From Eledone cirrhosa (lineage: Eukaryota): a stretch of 64,000 bases of DNA. The notes beneath the pieces were generated by a model. That model saw only the letters and a program-made list of their open reading frames with translations, made no database searches and was not told the DNA's origin. The stretch spans positions 358,856,001 to 358,920,000 of the forward strand of contig OZ024742.1 of the NCBI GenBank assembly GCA_964016885.1, written 5' to 3'. A program made the position numbers and the translations under genes. Below are positions 1 to 15,647 of this stretch, piece by piece; the first letter of the stretch is position 1; each line of letters starts with the position of its first letter.

Positions 1-3000
1 CCACTACAACTGCAACCACTACTACTACGGCTGCCACTACTAATACTACTACTACTACAACCACTACCACTGCAACAACTACTACTACAACCACTACCAC
101 TGCAACTACTACTACTACTACTACAACCACTACCACTGCAACTACTACTACGGCTGCCACTACTAATACTACTACCACAACCACCACCACTGCAACTACT
201 ACTACTACGGCTGCCACTACTACTGCTACTACTACAAACACTACCATTGCAACTACTACTACTACAACCACTGCTACTGCAACTACTACTACTACGGCTG
301 CCACTACTAATACTACTACTACAACCACTACCACTACAACTACTACTACTACGGCTGCCACTACTAATACTACTACTACAACCACTACCACTGCAACTAC
401 TACTACTACAACCACTACCACTACAACTACTACTACTACGGCTGCCACTACTAATACTACTACTACAACCACTACCACTGCAACTACTACTACTACAACC
501 ACTACCACTACAACTACTACTACTACGGCTGCCACTACTAATACTACTACTACAACCACTACCACTGCAACTACTACTACTACAACCACTACCACTGCAA
601 CTACTACTACTACAACCACCACCACTACAACTACTACTACTACGGCTGCCACTACTAATACGACTACTACAACCACTACCACTGCAACTACTACTACTAC
701 GGCTGCCACAACTACTACTACTACAACAACCACCACCACTGCTACTACTACTACCACCACTGCAACTACTACTACAATGGCTGCCACTACTAATACTACT
801 AATACAACCACCACTACTGCTACTACTACAACCACCACCACTACTACTACTACTACAACCACCACCACTGCAACTATTACTACTACTACTAATACTACTA
901 ATACAACCACCACTACTGCTACTACTACAACCACCACTGCAACTACTACTACTACTACTACAACCACCACCACTGCAACTACTACTACTACGGCTGCCAC
1001 TACTAATACTACTACTACAACCAACACCACTACAACTACTACTACTACTACGGCTGCCACACTAATAGTACTACTACAACAACTACAACTACTACTACTA
1101 CGGCTGCCACTACTAATACTACTAATACAACCACCACTACTGCAACTACTACTACTACTACTACAACCACTACCACTGCAACTACTACTACTACTACGGC
1201 TGCCACTACTATTACTACTAATACATCCACCACTACTTCTACTACTACAACCACCACCACTACTAATACTACTACAACCACCACCACTGCAACTACTAAT
1301 ACTACTACTACAACCACTACCACTGCAACTAATACTACTACGGCTGCCACTACTACTACTACTACTACAACCACCACCACTGCAACTACTACTACTACGG
1401 CTGCCACTACTACTACTACAACCTCCACCACTGCAACTACTACTACTACAACCACTACCACTGCAACTACTACTACTACGGCTGCCACTACTAATACTAC
1501 TACTACAACCTCCACCACTGCAACTACTACTACTAATACTACTAATACAACCACCACTACTGCTACTACTACAACCACCACCACTACTACTACTACTACT
1601 ACAACCACCACCACTGCAACTACTACTTCTACAACCACCACCACTGCAACTACTACTACTAGTACGGCTGCCACTACTAATACTACTACTACAATCACTA
1701 CCACTGCAACTACTACTACTACGGATGCCACTACTGCTACTACTACAACCACCACTACTACTACGGCTGCCACTACTAATACTACTACTACAATCACTAC
1801 CACTGCAACTACTACTACTACGGATGCCACTACTGCTACTACTACAACCACCACTACTACTACGGCTGTCACTACTAATACTACTACTACAACCACTACC
1901 ACTGCAACAACTACTACTACAACCACTACCACTGCAACTACTACTACTACTACTACAACCACTACCACTGCAACTACTACTACGGCTGCCACTACTAATA
2001 CTACTACCACAACCACCACCACTGCAACTACTACTACTACGGCTGCCACTACTACTGCTACTACTACAAACACTACCATTGCAACTACTACTACTACAAC
2101 CACTACTACTGCAACTACTACTACTACGGCTGCCCCTACTAATACTACTACTACAACCACTACCACTACAACTACTACTACTACGGCTGCCACTACTAAT
2201 ACTACTACTACAACCACTACCACTGCAACTACTACTACTACAACCACTACCACTGCAACTACTACTAATACGGCTGCCACTACTAATACTACTACTACAA
2301 CCACTACCACTGCAACTACTACTACTACAACCACTACTACTGCAACTACTACTACTACGGCTGCCACTACTAATACGACTACTACAACCACTACCACTGC
2401 AACTATTACTACTACGGCTGCCACTACTAATACTACTACAACAACCACCACCACTGCTACTACTACTACCACCACTGCAACTACTACTACAATGGCTGCC
2501 ACTACTAATACTACTAATACAACCACCACTACTGCTACTACTACAACCACCACCACTACTACTACTACTACAACCACCACCACTGCAACTAGTACTACTA
2601 CTACTAATACTACTAATACAACCACCACTACTGCTACTACTACAACCACCACCACAACTACTACTACTACTACAACCACCACCACCGCAACTACTACTAC
2701 TACGGCTGCCACTACTAATACTACTACTACAACCACTACCACTGCAACTACTACTACTACAACCAACACCACTGCAACTACTACTACTACTACGGCTGCC
2801 ACACTAATAGTACTACTACAACCACTACAACTACTACTACTACGGCTGCCACTACTAATACTACTAATACAACCACCACTACTGCAACTACTACTACTAC
2901 TACTACAACCACTACCACTGCAACTACTACTACGGCTGCCACTACTAATACTACTACTACAACCACTACCACTGCAACTACTACTATTACTACTAATACA

Positions 3001-6000
3001 TCCACCACTACTTCTACTACTACAACCACCACCACTACTAATACTACTACAACCACCACCACTGCAACTACTAATACTACTACTACAACCACTACCACTG
3101 CAACTAATACTACTACGGCTGCCACTACTACTACTACTACTACAACCACCACCACTGCAACTACTACTACTACGGCTGCCACTACTACTACTACTACTAC
3201 AACCTCCACCACTGCAACTACTACTACTAATACTACTAATACAACCACCACTACTGCTACTACTACAACCACCACCACTACTACTACTACTACTACAACC
3301 ACCACCACTGCAACTACTACTTCTACAACCACCACCACTGCAACTACTACTACTAGTACGGCTGCCACTACTAATACTACTAATACAATCACTACCACTG
3401 CAACTACTACTACTACGGATGCCACTACTGCTACTACTACAACCACCACTACTACTACGGCTGACAGTACTAATACTACTACTACAACCACCACCACTAC
3501 TACTACTACGGATGCCACTACTGCTACTACTACAACCACCACTACTACTACGGCTGTCACTACTAATACTACTACTACAACCACCACCACCACTACTACT
3601 ACGACTGCCACTACTGCTACTACTACAACCACCACCACTACTACTACGAATGCCACTACTGCTACTACTACAACCACCACCACTACTACTACTACGACTG
3701 CCACTACTGCTACTACTAATACAACCACCACTACTACTACGACTGTCCCTACTGCTACTACTACAACCACCACCACTACTACTACGGCTGTCACTACTGT
3801 TACTACTACAACCACCGCCACTACTACTACGACTGTCCCTACTGCTACTACTACAACCACCACCACTACTACTACGGCTTTCACTACTGCTACTACTACA
3901 ACCACCACCACTACTACTACGACTGCGACTACTGCTACTACTACAACCACCACCACTACTACGACTGCCACTACTGCTACTACTACAACCACCACCACTA
4001 CTACTACGACTGCCACTACTGCTACTACTACAATCACCGCCACTACTACTACGACTGCCCCTACTGCTACTACTACAACCACCACCACTACTACTACGAC
4101 TACCACTACTGCTACTACTACAACCACCACCACTACTACTACTACTACAACCACCACCACTACTACTACTACGACTGCCACTACTGCTACTACTACTACA
4201 ACCACCACCACTACTACTACGACTGCCACTACTGCTACTACTACAACCACCGCTACTACTACTACGACTGCCACTACTGCTACTACTACAACCACCGCCA
4301 CTACTACTACGACCGCCACTACTGCTACTACTACAACCACCACCACTACTACTACGACTGTCACTACTGCTACTACTACTACGACTGCCACTACTGCTAC
4401 TACTACTACAACCACCGCCACTACTACTACTACTGCTACTACTGCTACTACTACAACCACCCTACTACTACGACTGCCACTACTGCTACTACTACAACCA
4501 CCGCTACTACTACTACGACTGCCACTACTGCTACTACTACACACACCACCACTACTACTACGACTGACACTACTGCTACTACTACAACCACCACTACTAC
4601 TACTACGACTTCCACTACTGCTACTACTACAACCACCACCACTACTACTACGACTGCCACTACTGCTACTACTACAACCACCACCACTACTACTACGACT
4701 GCCACTACTGCTACTACTACTACAATCACCACCACTACTACTACGGCTGTCACTACTGCTACTACTACAACCACCACCACTACTACTACTACTACTACAA
4801 CCACCACCACTGCAACTACTACTTCTACAACCACCACCACTGCAACTACTACTACTAGTACGGCTGCCACTACTAATACTACTACTACAATCACTACCAC
4901 TGCAACTACTACTACTACGGATGCCACTACTGCTACTACTACAACCACCACTACTACTACGGCTGCCAGTACTAATACTACTACTACAACCACCACCACT
5001 ACAACTACTACGGATGCCACTACTGCTACTACTACAACCACCACTACTACTACGGCTGTCACTACTAATACTACTACTACAACCACTACCACTGCAACAA
5101 CTACTACTACAACCACAACCACCACCACTGCAACTACTACTACTACGGCTGCCACTACTACTGCTACTACTACAAACACTACCATTGCAACTACTACTAC
5201 TACAACCACTACTACTGCAACTACTACTACTACGGCTGCCACTACTAATACTACTACTACAACCACTACCACTACAACTACTACTACTACGGCTGCCACT
5301 ACTAATACTACTACTACAACCACTACCACTACAACTACTACTACTACAACCACTACCACTGCAACTACTACTAATACGGCTGCCACTACTAATACTACTA
5401 CTACAACCACTACCACTGCAACTACTACTACTACAACCACTACTACTGCAACTACTACAAACTACGGCTGCCACTACTAATACGACTACTACAACCACTA
5501 CCACTGCACCTATTACTACTACGGCTGCCACTACTAATACTACTACAACAACCACCACCACTGCTACTACTACTACCACCACTGCAACTACTAGTACAAT
5601 GGCTGCCACTACTAATACTACTAATACAACCACCACTACTGCTACTACTACAACCACCACCACTACTACTACTACTACAACCACCACCACTGCAACTAGT
5701 ACTACTACTACTAATACTACTAATACAACCACCACTACTGCTACTACTACAACCACCACCACAACTACTACTACTACTACAACCACCACCACCGCAACTA
5801 CTACTACTACGGCTGCCACTACTAATACTACTACTACAACCACTACCACTGCAACTACTACTACTACAACCAACACCACTGCAACTACTACTACTACTAC
5901 GGCTGCCACACTAATAGTACTACTACAACCACTACAACTACTACTACTACGGCTGCCACTACTAATACTACTAATACAACCACCACTACTGCAACTACTA

Positions 6001-8786
6001 CTACTACTACTACAACCACTACCACTGCAACTACTACTACGGCTGCCACTACTAATACTACTACTACAACCACTACCACTGCAACTACTACTATTACTAC
6101 TAATACATCCACCACTACTTCTACTACTACAACCACCACCACTACTAATACTACTACAACCACCACCACTGCAACTACTAATACTACTACTACAACCACT
6201 ACCACTGCAACTAATACTACTACGGCTGCCACTACTACTACTACTACTACAACCACCACCACTGCAACTACTACTACTACGGCTGCCACTACTACTACTA
6301 CTACTACAACCTCCACCACTGCAACTACTACTACTAATACTACTAATACAACCACCACTACTGCTACTACTACAACCACCACCACTACTACTACTACTAC
6401 TACAACCACCACCACTGCAACTACTACTTCTACAACCACCACCACTGCAACTACTACTACTAGTACGGCTGCCACTACTAATACTACTACTACAATCACT
6501 ACCACTGCAACTACTACTACTACGGATGCCACTACTGCTACTACTACAACCACCACTACTACTACGGCTGACAGTACTAATACGACTACTACAACCACCA
6601 CCACTACTACTACTACGGATGCCACTACTGCTACTACTACAACCACCACTACTACTACGGCTGTCACTACTAATACTACTACTACAACCACCACCACCAC
6701 TACTACTACGACTGCCACTACTGCTACTACTACAACCACCACCACTACTACGACTGCCACTACTGCTACTACTACAACCACCACCACTACTACTACTACG
6801 GATGCCACTACTGCTACTACTACAACCACCACTACTACTACGGCTGTCACTACTAATACTACTACTACAACCACCACCACCACTACTACTACGAATGCCA
6901 CTACTGCTACTACTAATACAACCACCACTACTACTACGACTGTCCCTACTGCTACTACTACAACCACCACCACTACTACTACGGCTTTCACTACTGCTAC
7001 TACTACAACCACCGCCACTACTACTACGACTGTCCCTACTGCTACTACTACAACCACCACCACTACTACTACGGCTTTCACTACTGCTACTACTACAACC
7101 ACCACCACTACTACTACGACTGCGACTACTGCTACTACTACAACCACCACCACTACTACGACTGCCACTACTGCTACTACTACAACCACCACCACTACTA
7201 CTACGACTGCCACTACTGCTACTACTACAATCACCGCCACTACTACTACGACTGCCCCTACTGCTACTACTACAACCACCACCACTACTACTACGACTAC
7301 CACTACTGCTACTACTACAACCACCACCACTACTACTACTACTACAACCACCACCACTACTACTACTACGACTGCCACTACTGCTACTACTACTACAACC
7401 ACCACCACTACTACTACGACTTCCACTACTGCTACTACTACAACCACCACCACTACTACTACGGCTGTCACTACTGCTACTACTACTACAACCACCACCA
7501 CTACTACTACGACTGCCACTACTGCTACTACTACAACCACCACCACTACTACTACGACTGCCACTACTGCTACTACTACAACCACCACCACTACTACTAC
7601 GACTGCCACTACTGCTACTACTACAACCACCACCACTACTACTACGACTGCCACTACTGCTACTACTACAACCACCGCCACTACTACTACGACTGTCACT
7701 GATGCTACTACTACAACCACCACCACTACTACTACGACTGCCACTACTGCTACTACTACAACCACAGCCACTACTACTACGACTGCCACTACTGCTATTA
7801 CTACAACCACCACCACTACTACTACGGCTGTCACTACTGCTACTACTAATACAACCACCACTACTACTACGACTGCCACTACTGCTACTACTACTACAAC
7901 CACCGCCACTACTACTACGACTGCCACTACTGCTACTACTACAACCACCACTACTACTACGACTGCCACTACTGATACTACTACAACCACCGCTACTACT
8001 ACTACGACTGCCACTACTGCTACTACTACAACCACCACCACTACTACTACGACTGCCACTACTGCTACTACTACTACAACCACCACCACTACTACTACGG
8101 TTGTCACTACTGCTACTACTACTACAACCACCACCACTACTACTACGGCTGTCACTACTGCTACTACTACAACCACCACCACTACTACTACGACTGCCAC
8201 TACTGCTACTACTACTACAACCACCACCACTACTACTACGACTGCCACTACTGCTACTACTACAACCACCACCACTACTACTACGACTGCCACTACTGCT
8301 ACTACTACTACAACCACCACCACTACTACTACGGCTGTCACTACTGCTACTACTACAACCACCACCACTACTACTACGACTGCCACTACTGCTACTACTA
8401 CAACCACCACCACTACTACTACGACTCCCACTACTGCTACTACTACTACAACCACCACCACTACTACTACGACTGCCACTACTGCTACTACTACTACAAC
8501 CACCACCACTACTACTACGGCTGTCACTACTGCTACTACTACAACCACCACCACTACTACTACGACTGTCACTACTGCTACTACTACAACCACCGCCACT
8601 ACTACGACTGTCACTACTGCTACTACTACTACAACCACCACCCCCACTACTACTACGACTGTCACTACTGCTACTACTACTACAACCACCACCCCCACTA
8701 CTACTACGACTGTCACTACTGCTACTACAACAACCACCACTAATACTACAACACCTACCACTACTACTTTCACAAGGAAGATATGA
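1..8786 (+). CDS. Thr-rich mucin-like tandem-repeat exon, 5'-partial and frameshifted (possible pseudogene or assembly errors)
   Basis: ACN-dominated codons give TTTTAATTNTTT... with many N-T-T sequons; third-position variation (ACT/ACC/ACA/ACG) preserves Thr, as expected of coding sequence. The Thr frame shifts at ~1060, ~2802, ~4461, ~5460 and ~5909 and ends TTTFTRKI-TGA (8784-8786) if unspliced. Confidence 0.75.
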
Positions 8787-11700
8787 ATTTTTTAAACCAT
8801 ACTCCTATATTATTTATATTATTCATGGTTAAATATGGAGGAAGATGCATTATGGTGGCAACTCATGACTAAAAACAAGGAAAACTAAAAAGCGAAAAAT
8901 AGGATTTTATTATTTTTCTGACATCCTCAGAAACATGGAATAAATTTATATTCTCAGATTGGCAGCAAACACAGTAGAGGGCAAAAATAGAGAAAAATTA
9001 AGACTCACTTTGCAAATTTCTTTGAGACTTCTGATAATATAATATCTTCTCTTCATTATTCATAAAATGATTGAACTGCAAACATACACATTTCATAATC
9101 TGAAAGCTGTGCAGGAATTCTTTATATTTTCTTCATTCGTCTTTGAAATTCATTTCCATATTTATATTCCTAAATCCCACTAGCTTTTCTTTACTTCCTT
9201 TAGAATATTTATGCATTCTTTTGTAATTTATATAGGTAGTTTTCCATCAAAGCTGAGAGGTTCCATGTTTTACTAATGCTACTTTGAATTGAGAAATTAA
9301 ATAGAATTCATTTATTGTCATTTGCAGTAGATTGGTATGCATATTGAAATTTGGCGTGATAGTGTTCAAAAGCATAACATAAGAGAAAACCAACAACAGA
9401 TATAACATAGAAGAGTGATAAAAGAAAGAAATATAGTATAGAATACTAAATATATAAAACGTCCTCCAGCATTTTATGATCGTCTGTTTGTTTAGTATGT
9501 GTACAAAACCAGGGCAAACATGATTTACTATTTGTTTGATTGAGATTTTAGTACTAAATGCAAAATATTCAATAGTCGGCAAGCAATAACAGTATGATTG
9601 TTATTACCAGTGATGTGTAGAGTACAAATGTATTGTTGTACGTGACAAATAAATGTTTTCACTAGATGCTTATGCAATACTAAGCTACAATTTAAATATC
9701 ACCGGAATTTATTGAGGCAAACGTCTACATGAAATAGTATTTACTATAGTACTGAAAATACCAGAATTGTATTTATTGTTCAAGTGTCTCCTGCATATTC
9801 CGGCCTGTTTGAGCTGAGCATTAACCGCATAAACCTCTTCAACCTCAAAAAGTTAGTAAAGGTCATTGGCATGGCTTTTCTTATAGTGAATATATTCTCA
9901 AACAAGAACAGCATTATCAAAATATAGCATTAAGTGACAACAAATATCGTATATACATAGCGGATCTCTCAGACTTTACAAAGCGCTAGGGTAATAAAGT
10001 AAATATAAAAAATAGTGTGTCTATACGCGTAGATGCTATATAATATATTGGACAATAGGGAGAAATATATCAGAGTTGACCCGATGCAGTTTTCTGAATT
10101 CAGGAGGTAAATGGTAAATATGAGAAAGATAGAGCAAAAATACATAGGTAATGAGAAAGTGTGTGTGGGGCGGGGGGGTAATGAGGGGCAGATCTGGTTG
10201 TATGGAAAGTAGAGGAAAAGACTGAAAGCCATAAATGAGAGGAAAAGGAGGGGGAAAGCAAGTAGTTTAGGGCCACAGAAGAAAGGGAGGGTGAGGGTGA
10301 CGGCTTAGGGCAATTTTCTCACTCAGAGATCATTTAAATAAATACCAGTCAGAGGGTGAAGATTCTTAAAAACGGAAAACCAAGGTTCCATTAACCGCTA
10401 ATGAGGAATATAACTTTCTGGGAGATAGGGGGTTCGATTCCTCATAGCGACAATGACAACTTCTTTTTCTATCTTTAAGGGTCCTCACGCTATTATATAA
10501 ACTATTTCATAGCATCTCAGTGCATGATCTCCCCGTTGTTTTCAATAACAGTAAATGTTTATAATTATTAGCCTCATCTTTAGGAGTGAAGTTTCATCAG
10601 TTCGATATTTTATCATTATGACGTCTGTTATTCACGGATGTGTATATATTATTAGGGAGGGTTCAAACTACAGTGGTTAGAAACACCCAGGAGAGCTGGA
10701 CAGCAGAAGGTCTTCAGAGACGTAACCCCACTCAATCGAGTATTTCGGCCTTGAACAACTTGCACTCTAAAGTGACCCGACCTCATCCCGGTCATTACTC
10801 CTGGGTGCCCTTCTGCTAACATTTAGCCATTTGGATATCAGAGACCTGTGTATATAAACTGGTGGAGATTTTGTTGACAGGATCTAGCTGGAACTCCTTT
10901 CAGTTGCCTATGCTTTCAAACTTTCATTAAAACATTTTCTTGAATTGGAAAAATAACGTGAAATAAAGGCAGAAAAGAATGTACTTACGTTACGAAAGAC
11001 AGTTTAAAAGTTGACATTTCAGAAATCAACTTAGTCCCGTTATATTTATGACAAATAATTCCTATTCCTGGGTACATTAAGTAATGTGTTGCTGATGCAG
11101 AAAATTAACTAACAACACAGCATCAATAGAATAGAAAGCATCACAAAACTGCTCACTATGCATTTCCAGAAGGAGGGTGAGAAAAAAACTGAACCATAAT
11201 GGTGTTAATGGCTGGAATGTTCAGGTTGAAATGTCTCTGTTTCTAAACCATATTAATTGCAATAATAATTTTTAAAAATTATATATCGTCTGGCTTGTCG
11301 TGTCTAAAATATGGAAGACATAGAGAATCTCGTGAAAACGAGAATTCAGGTGTATTGTGTGTATTTGTAGTAGTGATGAGATATTTGTAGTAGTTAGACT
11401 CTAAATGTCCTCCCTGAATGATATTGACAAAGAAAGGAGAGAAAAGATTATTTATATCTATAAATAATCCTCAAATTACTTGGTACATTAATACAGAATT
11501 CTTTTAAATAACCAAAAGGTTAGTCATTACATTTTTCAAACCCTATTTACCCTATATATATATTCACATACATACACAGGCAGCTCACACACATACACAG
11601 TTATGTTTGTGTATGCGTGTGTTATATTTAGTCCATAAAGTACAGTGTAATTTACGTCTAGGTATGGACTTTCTCAGATTTATCTGAAGAGAAGTAAATC

Positions 11701-12547
11701 TTTCACTGAATAACGGCAACAATATCTTACATGTAACAATCAGCATAATTGGATCTGTTACAGATTATTCAATTAATATCATTAAAAAAAATGTTCTGTT
11801 ACCTCTAAATAAAAAGGAAATGGTAGCCATAGGATACGAACTTATAGCCCTGAATCTGATATAACCTCCCTTGTCTGCACAAAGACGTTTTAACTATACG
11901 ACAAAAACAAATCTAAGGATATAAGGTATTTTTGAAATCTTATATGTATTCCTAATTATAATGGCAGGCAAAAATACCTCGATAGTAATTATAAACATTA
12001 ACTAAATATCTTGCTATTAAGAAATAAAAAAGAGTAAAGCTATCACTTGTAAGCTCTATTAAAACTATCTTCCTGGAATATCCGCAATAAACATAACCCA
12101 TAAGGATAATGAAAGTAATAAAATATACATCTATTCTGGCAAGGCTTCGAACAAATGTTTAAATCTGTATACAATGAATGAGGCTATGAAATTAAAATGA
12201 ATTATAGCGTGAGATGATGCTAAAACTTGTGACTGTTAATGATAAAGATAATTTATACAAATGATGCTATAAAATCTGTAATTTAATTCTCGCCAAGATA
12301 AAAAGACAAAATGACCATCAATGAATATCTTGTGTCTGATCAGACATGAAATGATTTTCATTTCAAGGGAATTAACCATACAGAACCTTACCTTCAGTTG
12401 CCAGTTTAAATGGACTTAACATCCATCTAAAAAATATATAATATAATATGAATTATATGAAATTTCGTTTTAATGATTTTCCGACAAAAAATTATTAGTG
12501 ATTATAATGACTGGAATTTGCACTTGAAACTATATATAACATTACAG

Positions 12548-12565
12548 TGAAGATAACTGCAGCAG
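12548..12565 (+). CDS. candidate 18-nt phase-1 microexon (xKITAA)
   Basis: attacag|TGAAGATAACTGCAGCAG|gtcaga; length a multiple of 3, open in phase 1; no homology support. Confidence 0.2.
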
Positions 12566-12648
12566 GTCAGATTGCTAAAGTGCCATACAAATATATATAT
12601 ATATATAATATATATATATATATATAAATGTGTGTGTGTATATATATA

Positions 12649-13192
12649 TATACATAATATAAGATCAAAAGATGGTTAAAGGAGTTCCATGTATGCGCAT
12701 TTCAAAAACAAACATCATCATGCAATAATATTTGTGTTTTCATCAGATAAAACAGGAGAACATGATATGAAGGCTAAAAAACACTTGTGGATAGTGCAGT
12801 TTTAAATCAACATATGAAAAGTGGTTTTAGATTGATGTGTGATATTGGGAAAAATATTTTATTTAGAGAGGGGGGGGGGCCCTCTCTAAATAAAATATTT
12901 TTCCCAATATCACACATCAATCTAAAACCACTTTTCATATGTTGATTTAAAACTGCACTATCCACAAGTGTTTTTTAGCCTTCATATCATGTTCTCCTGT
13001 TTTATCTGATGAAAACACAAATATTATTGCATGATGATGTTTGTTTTTGAAATGCGCATAATAAAATACATGGAACTCCTTTAACCATCTTTTGATCTTA
13101 TATTATGTATACTCCAGTCCTACAAACTGTAGAGTGCTTCTTATCCGATATCTGCATTGCTTTATTGTACTACAATAAAACTCACCTCCTAC
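12649..13192. mobile_element. fold-back PLE 3'-end relic, same family as the element at 54.4-60.1 kb
   Basis: Arms ~12649-12870 and 12881-13110 are reverse complements; sequence matches 54415-54670; (TA)n on both sides. Confidence 0.85.
12998..13068 (+). ncRNA. type-I hammerhead ribozyme motif
   Basis: gttttat-CTGATGA-long stem II-GAAA-TGCGCA-TA-ataaaata; the antisense copy (~12690-12752) has lost one stem I strand. Confidence 0.75.
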
Positions 13193-13493
13193 ATTATATA
13201 TATATATATATATATATATAAAAGCAAAGAGATATTTAATTTGTTGGTTATTCAACAAATTTATTTATAACAGATTCAAAGCACTCTACAAGTTTTCTGG
13301 AGTATAATATCAATGATATTAATAAATGGAAACTATATTTATAAAATCATACTTATTTTATTATATATATTTAAAAAGTACCAACATCTTGGTACGCTCT
13401 CATCAGATAAAATACTAAATTTGTTTCATAAATGTTGACATACCCAAGAAACCAGACCGTAAGAGTATGTCAACATTTATAAAACAAATTTTG

Positions 13494-13553
13494 TATTTTA
13501 TCTGATGAGGGCGTACCAAGATTTTGTACTCTTGAAATATATATAATAAAATA
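13494..13553 (+). ncRNA. type-I hammerhead motif in a fold-back (arms ~13310-13443 and ~13465-13597)
   Basis: tattttat-CTGATGA-gggcgtac...gtactctt-GAAA-TATATA-TA-ataaaata; the antisense arm has GAAA>TAAA. Confidence 0.75.
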
Positions 13554-14142
13554 AATATGGTTTTATAAATATAGTTTCGATTTATTAATATCATTGATAT
13601 ATATATATATATATATATATATACTGAGAGAGAGAACAAACGAGGAGGTTAGAACTAGTATCGAATAGAAAGCAAATTTGAATTGTGTGATAATATAGGT
13701 ATAATGTATATATTAAATTATATTGTCTGTTAGCGTGTAAACGTCTTGCCCAGGGACATTTCTGAACAGTTATAATTAGAGAAAGCAACAGAAAATTATA
13801 ATTTTAATATTGAGTGAAAATGATCGGGAACGTACTGAAGATGTGTTTGTAAGGGTGATAAGAAGCGAAATAGGCTTGGATACAGATTGAGAGAGATGTA
13901 TGACTGTATTTATAAATCTATGTATTTATTAATGCATTTTATATTTATGTATATAGATATATATATATATATAATAACAAAAAAATTTCGCTCTTCATGG
14001 CTGAATATATTAAATGTAATGTGAGTTTTTCGAATATTAATAACATTCGATTCGTTTGCAATTATGCAAACACGCCTCATTTTTAAAGCCATGTCAGTAG
14101 AATGAACCCTTCATTCTTGCTCTTGTGTTGGCATGTGAACAG

Positions 14143-14190
14143 AACTGCAAATACTAATGTTTCTGGGTATCACCCTTCATCAGTACAGCT
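14143..14190 (-). ncRNA. degenerate hammerhead motif, family of 47758
   Basis: Reverse complement: agctgta-CTGATGA-aggg tgata ccca-GAAA-cattagta-TT-tgcagtt; host repeat ~14030-14335 with an inverted partial copy at ~14575-14648. Confidence 0.55.
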
Positions 14191-14470
14191 CACTGTTCAC
14201 CTGCCAACTGTCAGAGCTAGTGAAAATATATGCTATTTTCTAAAATATACAGTCACTGATCAGCCAGATTTGCATCTCAGCAGACTGGCCAGTCAGTTTC
14301 CTGTATACGAGGATAAATGGCCGTTTTGCCACATTCAAATAATAACAAAAAAGAAATTTATATATATATATATATAAGTATATGTTATTTATGTATGCTT
14401 TCTTTGAGACGTAATTAAGCTTTTTAGTAAGAAAGTATGTATGTATATTTATGTGTGTATGTATGTATGC

Positions 14471-14501
<31 letters not shown>

Positions 14502-14654
14502 TATATGCACGTATATATGTATTTATGTATGTATGGGTATATATGCATGTATGTATGTATGCATAGATGTACACGGGGTTCATTCTACTGACATGGCTTA
14601 TAAAAGAGGCTGTTTGCATAATTGCAAACCAATCGAATATTAATATTGGCAAGC

Positions 14655-14845
14655 GCGGTGGATTGGCAGTATCGGTAGAGGGTCGGACGCCATGTTTTGC
14701 AGCAAAGAATTACGGCCTTTTATGATCTGATTTGAAATCCCGCCGAGGTAAACTTTGCCTTTCATCCTTACGGGGTCAATAAAATAAAGTACCAGTAATA
14801 CACTGGGTATTTGCTGGCCTTGTACCTAAAGTAGAAACAATTATT
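14655..14845 (+). mobile_element. tRNA-derived SINE with Nin/Deu-type core
   Basis: A box TGGCAGTATCGG, degenerate B box, core GCCTTTCATCCTTACGGGGTC..TAAAATAAAGTACC; many copies in the window. Confidence 0.85.
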
Positions 14846-15647
14846 AATATTCGAAAGACTCATATTACATTTATTATGTATATATGAATGTTTATTTATG
14901 TATGTATGTATGTATATATGTATGCATATATGTATTTATTTATGTATGTATGTGTATATATGCATGTATGTATGTATATATGTAAGTATATATGTGTGCA
15001 TGTATGTATGCATGTTTGTATGTATGTATGCATGCATGTATTATGTATGTCTATATATATATGTATATATGAATATATGTATGCATACATGCTTGGTTGC
15101 TTGCATTCATTCACGCATGTCTCTATGTATCTATACAGCTAAGTAGGTGTGTAGGTATCCATACATGTATGTATGATGAGAAATATCGAGTACAGAACCG
15201 AAAGTGTTAGTTTCAGCGAAGTATATAATAGAAATTGTCCTCCGGCTATATCTACATGTCAATGAACGTCTGTGAAGGGTAATGTCAAATACGTATCATA
15301 TTTCAGATATTGAACAAATCGAAGATAATTAAAAATGGAAAGAAATTCCATATGTCATTTAAAATGAATACAGTTAAAGAGATGTGCGAGAGGAGAGTAC
15401 CGAAGGGCAGGGGAGATGATACAAATCATTGATTTCTCAGATATACTTAAGCTTTTCATGTATACGACTAATTTAGAGTTTTATTGAAACATTTGCGGTA
15501 TAGAAAAATATAGAGTTGTAACAGAAACCTCTGGTACAAGATGGTGAGTATGCCTGGCTTTGTTGGTGTTTTCTAATTGTTGACTAAACACATCACAGAA
15601 AAACTGACGTAGATTTGGAAAAATGTATTTGATATTGATAATATTAA

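Noticed and set aside
247-8832. Long poly-Leu/Pro (+) and poly-Val (-) ORFs
   Set aside because: Automatic shadow frames of an ACN repeat; variation is synonymous in the Thr frame.
9236-9259. 24-nt phase-1 microexon
   Set aside because: Donor GTTCCA is too weak.
9960-10620. Possible old minus-strand PLE end
   Set aside because: Only faint peptide and hammerhead resemblance; not supportable by eye.
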